Below are positions 24,731 to 35,612 of a stretch of 35,612 bases of DNA, piece after piece. The translations under genes and the position numbers were made by a program. Under the pieces are notes generated by a model. The model was given only the letters and a program-made list of their open reading frames with translations, did no database searches and was not told where the DNA came from. Source of the stretch: Paraglomus brasilianum (taxonomy: Eukaryota). The DNA lies in assembly GCA_910592345.1 (NCBI GenBank), contig CAJVPI010000317.1, forward strand, positions 1 through 35,612, written 5' to 3'. The stretch's first letter is position 1; every line of letters starts with the position of its first letter.

Positions 24731-27043
24731 GTGCGCAATATGGAATAGCGGCGCTTTGGAAGGAGAGGTTGTTGTGAGGCGATACATGTTGCAATGGAGA
24801 GAAAACGTCTGGGTATATATATATGTATGTACGTACGCGTAGCGTGTTTACGTGTCATATAGAAAAATGACATATGTTGGTACTACTTGATATTGTTAAT
24901 TGCTGTCGTACGCAACCTTATAAGTATAAATGTCGCTATCTATTGTAACACACCATTACATCATATCATGATTAAGAACAATAGTATCAATGTAACATTT
25001 CGGAGCACACGCAGTAAAATATTTTTCACTGGTTAGCAAGTCCGATAAGCCACGCAATTAAACTAAGCTCTATGATAGTGATGATATCAGCGTGATCTAG
25101 TTAGGAAGCATCAATAATACGATTGTCTAGCCGAACAATAATTAGATGGTAATTCTTGCTGTATATAGATAGAATAACTTTGAATAAGTTTTTTTTACGT
25201 ACATAGTGAATTTACTTTAACGAAGTGTTTTTCTGGAACTAGTTTGCTCTTAACAGAATAATTTCAGATAAACGCAGTGCTATATAACGTTGAACAAAGA
25301 TTTCAAAATCCATGCATAAATAAAGCCATTTACTTGGGCAAATTTATTTATATAACAAAGCCCGTTATATGAATTGACTAACCAGAATCATTGATCTCAA
25401 TCTCATCAATAAAGATCTATTGCTACTAAGACTGTAAATCTCGTTATTGGTGTAATTTTTAGCATTACGTTAGACTGTAAGTATAGTCTATTGATCTAAC
25501 CCGTACGATAATTTGCATTCAACGGAACATGCTAGACATCTATAAGTGCGAATAAAATAATTACGCAACTCAGTGTGTCCACAGCCACATTTTTTGTATC
25601 ATCGAACGCGTGTAAAAAATAATACGATTCTCAACTGTGAAACGTAGCGCGTAATAACATAACGATATGGTAAGCGCCATATTGACTTTATTTGTAATAA
25701 TAGAACTATTGATAGCGTCTGACATCAATCGAACTATTTGATCGAGTTACGAAAAGGAAAATTCTATTGTTAGTTTATTATTCGGAGTTCATCCAACTTT
25801 AAAATTGATACTCACTTCTCTGAATTAAATGAGTGGTTTCCACTACTCTACTGGATTATCATGTCACAACAGTTTATTAAACTGATATAGACATTGGTTA
25901 TGTGATCAAAATTTGTCATTAATTTCCGTTTTTGTCTATTTTCTTTTGCTCAAAATAAATGACTATTATTGCAATTTACAGGCTTATTGAAGTTAGCAGA
26001 ATAGATTAGATCGATATTATTTTAAAGTTAGTTGTTTTCTCTCTCAACTTTGAAGCAACATGCGCCTGCTACCCGATCACTAAGCAAATCAATGTTTCCT
26101 CTTAACTTGTAGAAGCATCCATTTTCACCGTTCCGATTAGGCTATTATTATTGTGGTGATAGTTAAACGGTCGACATTTAGGTCCAACGCTCCATCAACC
26201 TTTGTGTAAACAGTCAGATAATTACGTTTATATAAGCATACTACCTTTTCGTTTTCTAAAAGATAAAAAGCCTTGCATCAACTTTTGGCTTTTTTGGCAG
26301 GAATTATTGCGCATTAAATTTCCTTTTATCTAAGTTCTAGTAATCTATCTTCATTTGTGCTACTGACCAGATTTAGAGGAATTTTAAGCATTACAGCTTT
26401 TACTCGCGGCTTAAATGCAACAGGTTGCTAATCATAATTTATCTATCCATACTTATTTTAACTACTAATCAACCACAGAGCAATTATTTTAATCTTCAGA
26501 AATGCACGTTTTACAAAATTAAATAAAGACACGTTATTAGACGTGAGCAGCTGTCAATACTAATATTCTGTTCCGAGATTTGGTGATAGGACTGTAAGGA
26601 GATTTATTAGTAAATATGCCTATAGACAGGAGCAATTCTTGCATAAATGGTTTGCAATGAACTTACTAGTGACTATAGGACATATTAATATAGTGGACTA
26701 TATATAGACAAAGTCGACTGATCGACATTCGTTAAAATTAACACTGCTATTACGGCTCTAACTACGGGACATGTTGTTAAGGTAAGTGTTACGATAAGTA
26801 CATATAAACATCATATTTAATTGGAGTATGGATAAATGTTTGAACAAACTCGTGTAAGAAACCGCAACGTTTATTCCAAAAATTGTGCCGCTAAATTACA
26901 ATGTAAATTTTTACTCTATTTACTTCTCTAATCTATTTCCGAACTTGGCAAGCTAAGATCTGGTAAAGGGGAAACCTGGGAACAACCAAAATCGTAGCTG
27001 TTTCTCAGATTAGGCAAAATCCCCAACAGGCTAGAATATTTAC

Positions 27044-29491
27044 TCAAAACGTGATGGGTCTCACATCATTATGATAAATGGCATTCCACATGTTGTCGTC
27101 AAAATTGTCCTTGTCCAACATTTCATTAAAGTAGTTAAATGTCACAAAAAGGTTGAATGCACCTGGACGCTTTTCAGGATTAGCATCACAACACTGTTGA
27201 GCAAGTTTCTTGTATTTTTCCGGTGCTGAATCGGGCATCGGTGGTCGTAATCCACCTATGATATCGCGTACTAAATCCCCATCGACTTGCCTATCTCGAA
27301 AAGGTGGTTCACCAGTAGCAATCAAATACATGATAATACCAAAAGAATATATGTCTGATTTCTGAGTGAATTTGTGAGTATGGAAAAGTTCCGGTGCAAT
27401 AAAGGGTAAGACACCTTGAACCGTTGATTTTGACTTGCGTGAATGCGCTGATCGTGAAAGACCAAAATCACATATAAACGATCCTGTTTCAGATTCATAG
27501 TCATGCAAAACTATGTTCCCGCCATGAAGATCACAATGTATTAATCCTCTTTTATGAAGAATACGCAGATAATGTGCAATATCCCTCAAACACTTCCATT
27601 TCATCCTCCATGTCAACTTGTTTATGTTTTGATCCAAATATGACAACAAGTTACCATTGTTAGCATATTGCATAACAATTATGTACTCTTTTGTTTCTGG
27701 GTTTTGTGTGAATCCATAAATATAGAGGAATGGACAACCACTGGCGCACTTGGCATGATTTCTGAGCTATTAATAAAATACAGATCAGCCTAGATACCAA
27801 TTTAATTAATGCTACCAAAGTTTGTTTACCTCGGAAATAAATAATTCTGGCATCTGATCAAAACACTTGAAACGTTTGAGGACAACAACTTCTGGAATGC
27901 CTTCTTCTGAATGCTTTTTATATTTAGCAGCATAGACTGTCCCATAGCCACCAGATCCAATCTCCTTTATTTCATCAAAATCGGCATACTGCATATATGT
28001 CACATTATAATGCATTTCTATAAGTCTGTCTAATAGTGCGTGTATGTTGTGGTATAGCACCAAATAATATTCTTTAGTAATTGGCTCTCGAGTGATACCA
28101 ATAATCCAAATATTATCTGGCGTTAATATATCGGGGTATTCCTTTGCTAGCTATTTGAATGAACAGATAAGGTCGTTATGAAACACAAGTTGTTAATATT
28201 AATAACATTTGCATTGTTTATACATGAAATAGTTTACCTGATAAAAATCAAACAACTGAGCATTCTGTCCATCAACTATCTGTTTGAGCATCACTCTTGT
28301 TGATTCACCTGCTGTCTCTAACCAATGTGTGCATTCATAGCATAATAATGTCATCTCTTGTACATTTGTCAATAAAGAATACTTTATCCATTGTATGTAA
28401 GCATCATATTTATTTGCCACATTATTCCATGATTCCATAATGAATGAGTCCAATGACTTGTTGCCCGTAGTCCAATCAAGAGGTCTTGGTACTTTACAAT
28501 GATAACAGAATGCATTTATCTTAGGTTCTAACGGACGTGTACAGGCCAGACATAATCCATACTCATGACATTCCTCAATTAGACAATACTTCTGCTTACT
28601 TGCATCATATGTGAATCCGATGGTAACCCAAACATCCATGGTAAGAATATCTGGATGCTCATCACATAACTAGTAGAAATAATAAATCAATAATTATCCA
28701 ATAAACATGGTGCATGACTAACAGTTTACCTTATCATAATATGAATCATTTGCCTCATCTGTTATTTCAAGCAGAGCTGCATCGTCAGGAATAGGTAGAC
28801 CATATAAGTATCCTAATCCACTATATTTCCCATAATCAATGCAATCGAATGGAATCCATTCCAAATAGGCATCATTTGCCGAGTTTGTTTGTATTTGAGA
28901 TTTCCGAATAAGCTCGTCGAGTTGCTTATTGTTACTGGTCCATCCATCGGATAATTCTTTATGTCGACAGATGCACCACACGGGACTACATCGGAGTATT
29001 CCACATGCAGTACAGAATCCATATCGAGAATAGCAGTAGTAAAAGAGTTCGCTCGCAACCATGTAATAGTTATTATCACGCTCAGTAAATCCAAATATGA
29101 GTTCGTTGCGTTTCTCAAGCCATTTCTTATATCGTCTAAATTGACTGACATCATCATTGTACTTATCTGTCGGAAGTGAGTACATTCTAGCAAACTCACT
29201 CACAAATGTTGGTGTACATGTTTCGTCACTTCCAACTAATAGCAACATTATCTTGTTTTCATTAACTCTACCATTATCATGCGCTTGCTTGCGAATGGCG
29301 TAGTAGACGTTGTCAATTTTAGTTGATTCTGTGTTGGTAATTTGCGAGTAAGGAATCCATTCAAGTTTATGATCACTTTCTAAGGAAGATTGGATCAAGT
29401 TGTCCATTGCTTGATATTGAATGTTCTTAACTGACGATATAGTTTTTAGTTTTTCAAGTAGGCAATCAACAACCATTGTGTTACATAGCAT
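27044..29491 (-). CDS. Tyrosine-kinase-like protein kinase with repeated Cys-rich/degenerate kinase N-lobe modules; about 745 aa; exons 29491-28730, 28669-28238, 28150-27830, 27766-27044
   Basis: All three introns are phase 0 GT-AG and the frame is open throughout. Kinase motifs: IGSGGYGTVY, VVLK, YGFTQNPETKEYIIVMQYANNGNL, HCDLHGGN, DFG, GVLPFIAPE, SDIYSFG, CCDANPEKRP. N-terminal repeats: WTSNNKQLDELIRKSQ..LEWIPF and WTTGNKSLDSFIMES..IQWIKY. Confidence 0.9.
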
Positions 29492-30414
29492 GCTTGTGAC
29501 GTAAGCCTTTGTACATTAACGGCTAGCTAGTTTGGTTGCGAAAGAGTAAGGGTGAAGTGATATGTCCATAAATTGATGTTATTATTCGAACTTCACTGAT
29601 TCAACACGACCGTAATTACTATGGCTTTGCGAGAATAAGCATTCCCCGAGACTATCTACTTATTAGTAGGTGCTGTAGGTAAATGTTCACAAATTAAAAT
29701 ATACATAAAGAGGTGTGTGATTCGAGGATGATTTCATTGTTAACGAGAAGCTAGCTTTCCAAATATAGAATTGACCAGCAGCCGATGGGAATTGCATAAT
29801 AGTTAGAAAGGTTATTTTCACCTTAGTTTGTTGATCGTATATAATTTTGTATATCATCTATGATGCACGCGGCAGAATGTTTTGTAAGATGTGAGAATGT
29901 TAATAAACACACGGGGACCAATACTTGACGTTGTCCTTAACCTTAACCGATGACTTAAGCAAGGAACAAACAGGGTAACGATGGTTAACAAAGCAATTCG
30001 AACTAAGGTCTATGTAGTTACAAAGACTTGAACTGTTCAGCTCCGAAAATAGGTTCATTTAACATTCCCACCGCTATTAAGCTCTAAAAGGCTAAGCCAC
30101 GTGTACGTCACAATCTCACGTTTCGTCGTCGTAGGCAGATTATTGTAAGAACACCTTCATCTTGATCAACAAGAGAATATATTTTCAAAGAGGCGTGCAT
30201 ACATGGAATGCGTACACGGACCAAGAATGGGAGGACAAAAGTATATTACAATCTAATTAAAGAGAAATGGCTATTAGGAAGTAGTAAAAGTCTAATTGAA
30301 GACATATTATACATTGATGCCTTAGAGTGTGCCAAGAGCATCTTTTCGTCTTTCTCTACTGACGAGACATCTTTCTTTTCCAGGGCTGACATCGGAAAAT
30401 ACAAAATTCTGTCC

Positions 30415-31944
30415 TCATTTACCGAATCCAACTATAACACCTAAAATAGAAAATGTATTGTAAGTAACATCTTACAAACAAATATGTGAGACTTCAAATA
30501 GTCCCAACTGCAAGTTCTCTATCGTGTGATGTAATTATGTTATCGATTAATATGTGATGATCGAATCTTGCATTCTCTCGTTCATTCGCCCCATCCACTT
30601 ACCAATAGTAAGCAGAATCATCACGGCAATAATGATTGTTATAAACACAACACTCCAAAGCTTCGCCGTTGGTTTGCCGGACTCGTTCAACCATGGCTGA
30701 GACCAACCAGAAAGTTTATCTACGAGGAAAAAAGTAAATGGCCGTTGATTAGCATGAAACGAAAGAGATTGATACTCGCAGACGGCTTAATTCCATCCAT
30801 TTTCACCTGGTATGCGATCATCTTCGGTCGACTTATCCGTAAAACCGTCTTCTCTCTCCTTCTTACTTACAATCTCCCAACTCCCGTCTTCTCTCTCCTT
30901 CTTACTTATAATCTCCCAACTCTCCCTGATGGTTTTTATCTCTTTCGTATTCGCTATCCTATCATCTTTTCGCCGGAAGAAGTTGCAGAAAAAGTTCCTT
31001 TCATGGATCGATTGGGAAACCTTTTCCAGGTCAATGCTTGTTGGCTTACTTCTAATATTGTCACTAATTGACGTAGACCTACTCGAAAATACCGTTCTAT
31101 CTCTCAGTTTGTTACTCTGAACACTGCTTCGGTTATCTGTTTTACTTATTTGACCTCTCAATCTCTCTATTATATATATTTCACTCACACTTTCTTCTTT
31201 GAAAGTGCTATCCCTCTTACCCATACTTTTTCTGTTACCCTCTTCACTCTGCAGATTTTCCATATTCCCACCATTCAACCTGAAATCAACTTCACTACTC
31301 TCACAGTCTTTACCAACTCCCTCAACCATGTCCAAATCCCCATATGTACTGTCGATAATAACGTTGCACGCCTTATTCTCTTGTCCGTCTACAACAAAGA
31401 TAGAACTAGCCACCGTACGCTCTGCACGATTGTTCTTTGCGACGATGGGAACCCCACGTAATTCGCCATGGGCTGCAAGAACTTCAGGATATATGTTTAT
31501 TAGACGTTGCGTTGGATATGATGCGAGAAGCACTGGTGGAATGGATGGTAATGGAGGTGACAGATGCGAAACCGGAGAGTCAGGAGACGGAAGTGTATTC
31601 GTTGAGTATGGGTGCAGGGGTGGAGAGGGTGGTGTAGTCAATATTGATGGATAAATAAAGGAGAATGGTGAAAAGAGGGATGATGCTTCGGAAGACGATG
31701 ATTCAGCTGCGGAGAGTCGACCCAGTGATTGTGATTGTGGACGGGATTGTGGACTAGATAGCGGACTAGATAGTGACCCGACCGCGGTTGATATGGGCGA
31801 ACCGGCTATGGAAGGAGGTTCAAATGGAGATGAATGTAACGATAGTTGTTTCGTGTCGTATACTATGTTATGTGTAGTCATGTTATGTATATTGTTGTGT
31901 ATTGTGTCGGACATAGTGTTATCTGCTGATGAGTTTTCGTCCAT
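30415..31944 (-). CDS. Uncharacterised Ser/Pro-rich disordered tail-anchored membrane protein; about 426 aa; exons 31944-30807, 30719-30603, 30440-30415
   Basis: The long ORF splices through two GT-AG introns (30806-30720, 30602-30441) to ...GKPTAKLWSVVFITIIIAVMILLTIGVIVGFGK*. Exons sum to 1281 nt (427 codons). Confidence 0.75.
30845..30922 (-). repeat. 39-bp coding tandem duplication, 2 copies (SWEIISKKEREDG-SWEIVSKKEREDG)
   Basis: Units 30845-30883 and 30884-30922 are near-identical. Confidence 0.95.
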
Positions 31945-34900
31945 AGTCTACAGGTATGCAGAATAAAGTTGTAGTTTACTGAATGTAAACGAGCATTTAC
32001 AATGAATGATATTAGTATTTTTTATATATATTCCAATAATAGTCTAGCCAAAGACGACGGCAAAATAACTTGAATAGTTATACGTTCTGGAGTCTCAATA
32101 ATCTTGGAAATTTAGATATTGTCCATGAAAACAATATAGCAGAACGTCAGAGCGAAACAAATTCGGACGAAACACATCCGCCTTATAGACATCGAATCGG
32201 ATGTCGTGAGTAATTGACTTTTTTGCAGCTTTATCTGGAGGAGGAAAGCGATTGGAACAATTCTAGTCGATTGCCTGTTGAGGGATCGATCGTAGGGGAG
32301 CTATTAATAGCATTGTTACGTATCATGAATCATGCTGAGACAAGCGAGTGGGGTGGGAGTGGTCCGTTTATTAGACTGTCACAAACGTCGAGTCAAATGA
32401 CCATTCAGTGATTAGTATATCAGGTGTTAAGCTTTTGCAGAATATGGAATAAAGGTCAAGACTTCTTTAAAATGGTAATGACATGTAATAAAGATTTATA
32501 ATGGAAAATGGGCATAAGTAAATAGATTTGAAACCTGTTAACTCGAATGACGCAATACCATATATATACATAGACCAAACCTTGCAGTCTTCTTAATATT
32601 CGATAACATTATCCTACATCTTCTTATTTTTCTTTTGTTTAATTGGTTTGGGGGGTTTTTTGCCGCCATTTCTACATTCGCGCGTACCAGATCACCCGAC
32701 CCAAGAAAATAGAAGGGTTGTATTAATATTAACAACAAGCCTTTCCCAAAAGGAGCCAGCTAACCAGATTGCGCATTACTTCAGGTACAAACATTTTTAT
32801 ACAATCTCACCCTACATTACAAAATTCACAACCCCTTATCGTGCACATGTCCCTTGTTTATTCACATGCTTGATTTCCAAGAATATCGACTTTGCATATT
32901 CCCCTACAAAAATGGTAAATGACCAGAGAACAATGCCAAACCTAAACTCACCGTCGATCGCCTTGTGCATAATGCTATACATTACCTGCATTGAAGGTAT
33001 CATCGATGGAATACAGATGTTGAAGAAAGCAACCATTCTTTCTCACGCATAAAAATGGTTTTCTGGAGCCTTGTCGGTTTTTGATATGCTAGACTTGTAA
33101 TCTATTATCTAACTTGACGCTTAGTTGTGAGTTATTTTCTTGTAATACCGATACTTGCTATGTATATTATTATCATGTGTGCTTTTGAACTTATTGTTAC
33201 ACTTTCTCATAAACTGAAACTAGGTTAAAGTTCTAATCTCATCAATGGCACATCGCCCAGCGAGATATTGTTTTGAGTTAGGGTTACGTTTTCACGACAC
33301 GTTTATCTCAAAGAATTGTCTAAAAAGCTGTTTTAATGGGGGGTTTGGATGAAATTGACTCAAAGATGATTGACATGTTGCATATCTCCTGAACGATAAT
33401 ATCTGGAATGTATATGACCATCTTGCTGTATTGATACTTGATGACTATCGACTACACGACAACAGCAACTGTAACGCTTTAACATGCATGCTATCCAAGA
33501 ATCAATACAACTTACAATGTGGAGCTACATGAGGTGTGCTTCTTATTTAGTGACGACAATAGTTTTGGTTGTCTCATGAATAGTTGCAACTTTCTCTTGT
33601 ACGCGCACGAAAATGCAAACAATTCAATACTCAACATATTATTTACAGATAATTAGGACTTAATGTATATTGTATGGATATATTTGATACTTTTTTCACT
33701 CTTGATTATCGCGGCTTTCCACATACATAGTAAATCAAATTGAGTAGACTCGCTAATAATCGTCTTTGAGGAAAAGAAATACACCCAGAATTGATATGCG
33801 TCTGATTTGTTAGATAAGATTGCAGACAAATATTTGATAAAAATAAATTCACGCACACAACAATCAGTGAGTTTCCGAACAACCGACTGACAGAAAAAAT
33901 TTTGCTATTACTGCTGCACGCTCCGTCGTTACAAACGTATAGACTTCATCGTGTCGTATATGCAGTCAAATCCAACTAACATGCTGACTGGAACAATTAA
34001 TTCAAGCATACAAGTCGAGTAAGCTAATAATCATTCGCTGGAGAAATAATGGTCACTAAGACCTTTATTCCAAATCGACAGGAATATCAATATTGCATAA
34101 TTTCTAATAAAAAAAGATCGACGCAGACCTTTGGTAAAGGAGTAATTAGCAGGCCCGATAAAAAGTTTTTGAATGCCTGTTGACACCTTGACAATCATTA
34201 CACACTTCTTTCATCACAGTGGTGTGCTTATTTATGATAAACAGTTACGTAGCTTAATCAATAACAACAAAAATTGTAGTGACCAAAATTGTAATATACA
34301 GTCGCACTTCTATAAGTGCACACTCCCATGTTCTACACGTGCAAGCGATTTCTAATCCCAGATATATTATATCCCTTCCAATTGTTCGCGTAATTTCAAT
34401 CAACAAATATGCAATAGCAATGTCAGTTTAATGGTGAATATACCCATAATTGTACTATTACGAAATATTATTTGCTATATTGGTATAATTAATTGAAAAG
34501 TTTAATTAGTATTCAGCCATATAAACAACACTCTTGCTATCAATAGTGAGCCCTATACAATAGTTATGTATGTACTAATAAAATTACACGTCGATTGAGT
34601 TGAAAAGTTCATAAAGTACTATAATTAGTTTTCGAATCTTACAAGATGACTTATTTTAGAACCAGTTAGTCAAGGCACAAAGAGACATAAGTATATCCAG
34701 AACTTGAGCTTGCAGGTTAACAAAATTGGTTAAACTATAAACATCGAACAGTGCCAAGTGAAAAGTATACGTAGTTTGACTTAGAATGTGACTGTCAAGA
34801 AAGAGAAAAATAACTACTTACGACAGTTTCCGATTTTCTAATTTGTCGCTCTATAAGGCACACTGCACTTATGGCAGATAATACAAGTAGGTGATCTCGA

Positions 34901-35100
34901 GGATGCTAATTCACATGGGTGTTGTTCTCCGTAGTATTGGTAATTACATTGCGACGAGCATAGTGTTATGGTTTTGCGTCGAATCATTGTAGTTCGAATA
35001 ATGATATCAATTTATGGCCCAATAGTGTCACAAATGTGCGACGATGTAACATCCACCATTCTCTCGAAATTGTTACTTAAAAAACTTTTGTTTCATAACC

Positions 35101-35612
35101 ATGTCGTTAGCCAAGAATGTTCAAAATCAGGCAATTGACGACTTGATCAAAACTAGTCATAAACAATGGATTTCTTACTCACAAATTACCAATATAGAAG
35201 CAAGTAAAATTGACAACGTCTACTACGTTATTCGCAAGCAAGCCGGTAGAGTTAATGATGACAAGATAATACTGCTATGCCTTGGAAATGATGAGACATG
35301 TATACCAACACTTGTGAGTGAGTTTGCTAGAATATACTCACTTCCGACGCACAAGTACGACAATGATGTCAGTCACTTTAGACGGTATAAGAAGTGGCTT
35401 GAGAAACGCAACGGACTCATCAAAGGATTTACCAAGTATAAAGATAACTATTACATGGTTGCGAATGAACTCTTTTACCACTGTTATTCCCGATATGGAT
35501 TCTGCGCTGCATGTGGAATACTCCGATGCAGCCCTGTGTGGTGCATCTGTGGACATAAACAATTATCCAATGGATGGACTAGCAACAATAAGCAACTCGA
35601 TGAGTTTATTAA
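35101..35612 (+). CDS. 5' part of a third paralog of the multi-module TKL kinase (runs off the window end)
   Basis: Open frame from ATG 35101 to the window end: MSLAKNVQNQAIDDLIK...KIDNVYY...SEFARIYSLPTHKY...RYKKWLEKRNGLI...YSRYGFCAACGILRCSPVWCICGHKQLSNGWTSNNKQLDEFI. Highly similar to exon 1 of the 29491 copy. Confidence 0.85.
   Translation, partial: MSLAKNVQNQAIDDLIKTSHKQWISYSQITNIEASKIDNVYYVIRKQAGRVNDDKIILLCLGNDETCIPTLVSEFARIYSLPTHKYDNDVSHFRRYKKWLEKRNGLIKGFTKYKDNYYMVANELFYHCYSRYGFCAACGILRCSPVWCICGHKQLSNGWTSNNKQLDEFI

Noticed and set aside
30246..30431. 61-aa minus-strand ORF as a further exon of the tail-anchored gene
   Set aside because: The splice phase at acceptor 30441 gives GVIVGFGK* ending at 30415, so this ORF is in another frame and mostly 3' UTR.
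30568..31654. Several plus-strand ORFs of 66-167 aa
   Set aside because: Antisense shadows of the Ser/Pro-rich minus-strand gene.
32214..34355. Scattered ORFs of 60-134 aa between the tail-anchored gene and kinase copy 3
   Set aside because: No coherent spliced model or recognisable domain.

Overview
Eukaryotic, intron-rich, AT-rich fungal DNA. The BTB-BACK-TLDc gene and the multi-module tyrosine-kinase-like (TKL) genes with WTSxN...LEWIP repeats point to Glomeromycota (arbuscular mycorrhizal fungi); this is an inference from family content. A compact conserved block (3.9-16.4 kb) holds a BTB-TLDc gene, trimethyllysine dioxygenase, SDO1/SBDS head-to-head with GPI16/PIG-T, and a Pil1/Lsp1-like BAR protein with a long C-terminal extension. 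The accessory block (17-35.6 kb) holds an ankyrin-like relic, a 54-aa secreted-peptide ORF absent from the ORF track, three copies of one kinase gene (a pseudogene, a near-intact copy, and one running off the window), a repeat-rich decayed segment, and a 426-aa disordered tail-anchored protein with a duplicated Atg8-interacting-motif-like element. Manual splicing needs three GC-AG introns among about 35. All gene models were spliced by hand from the sequence; no database search was run.
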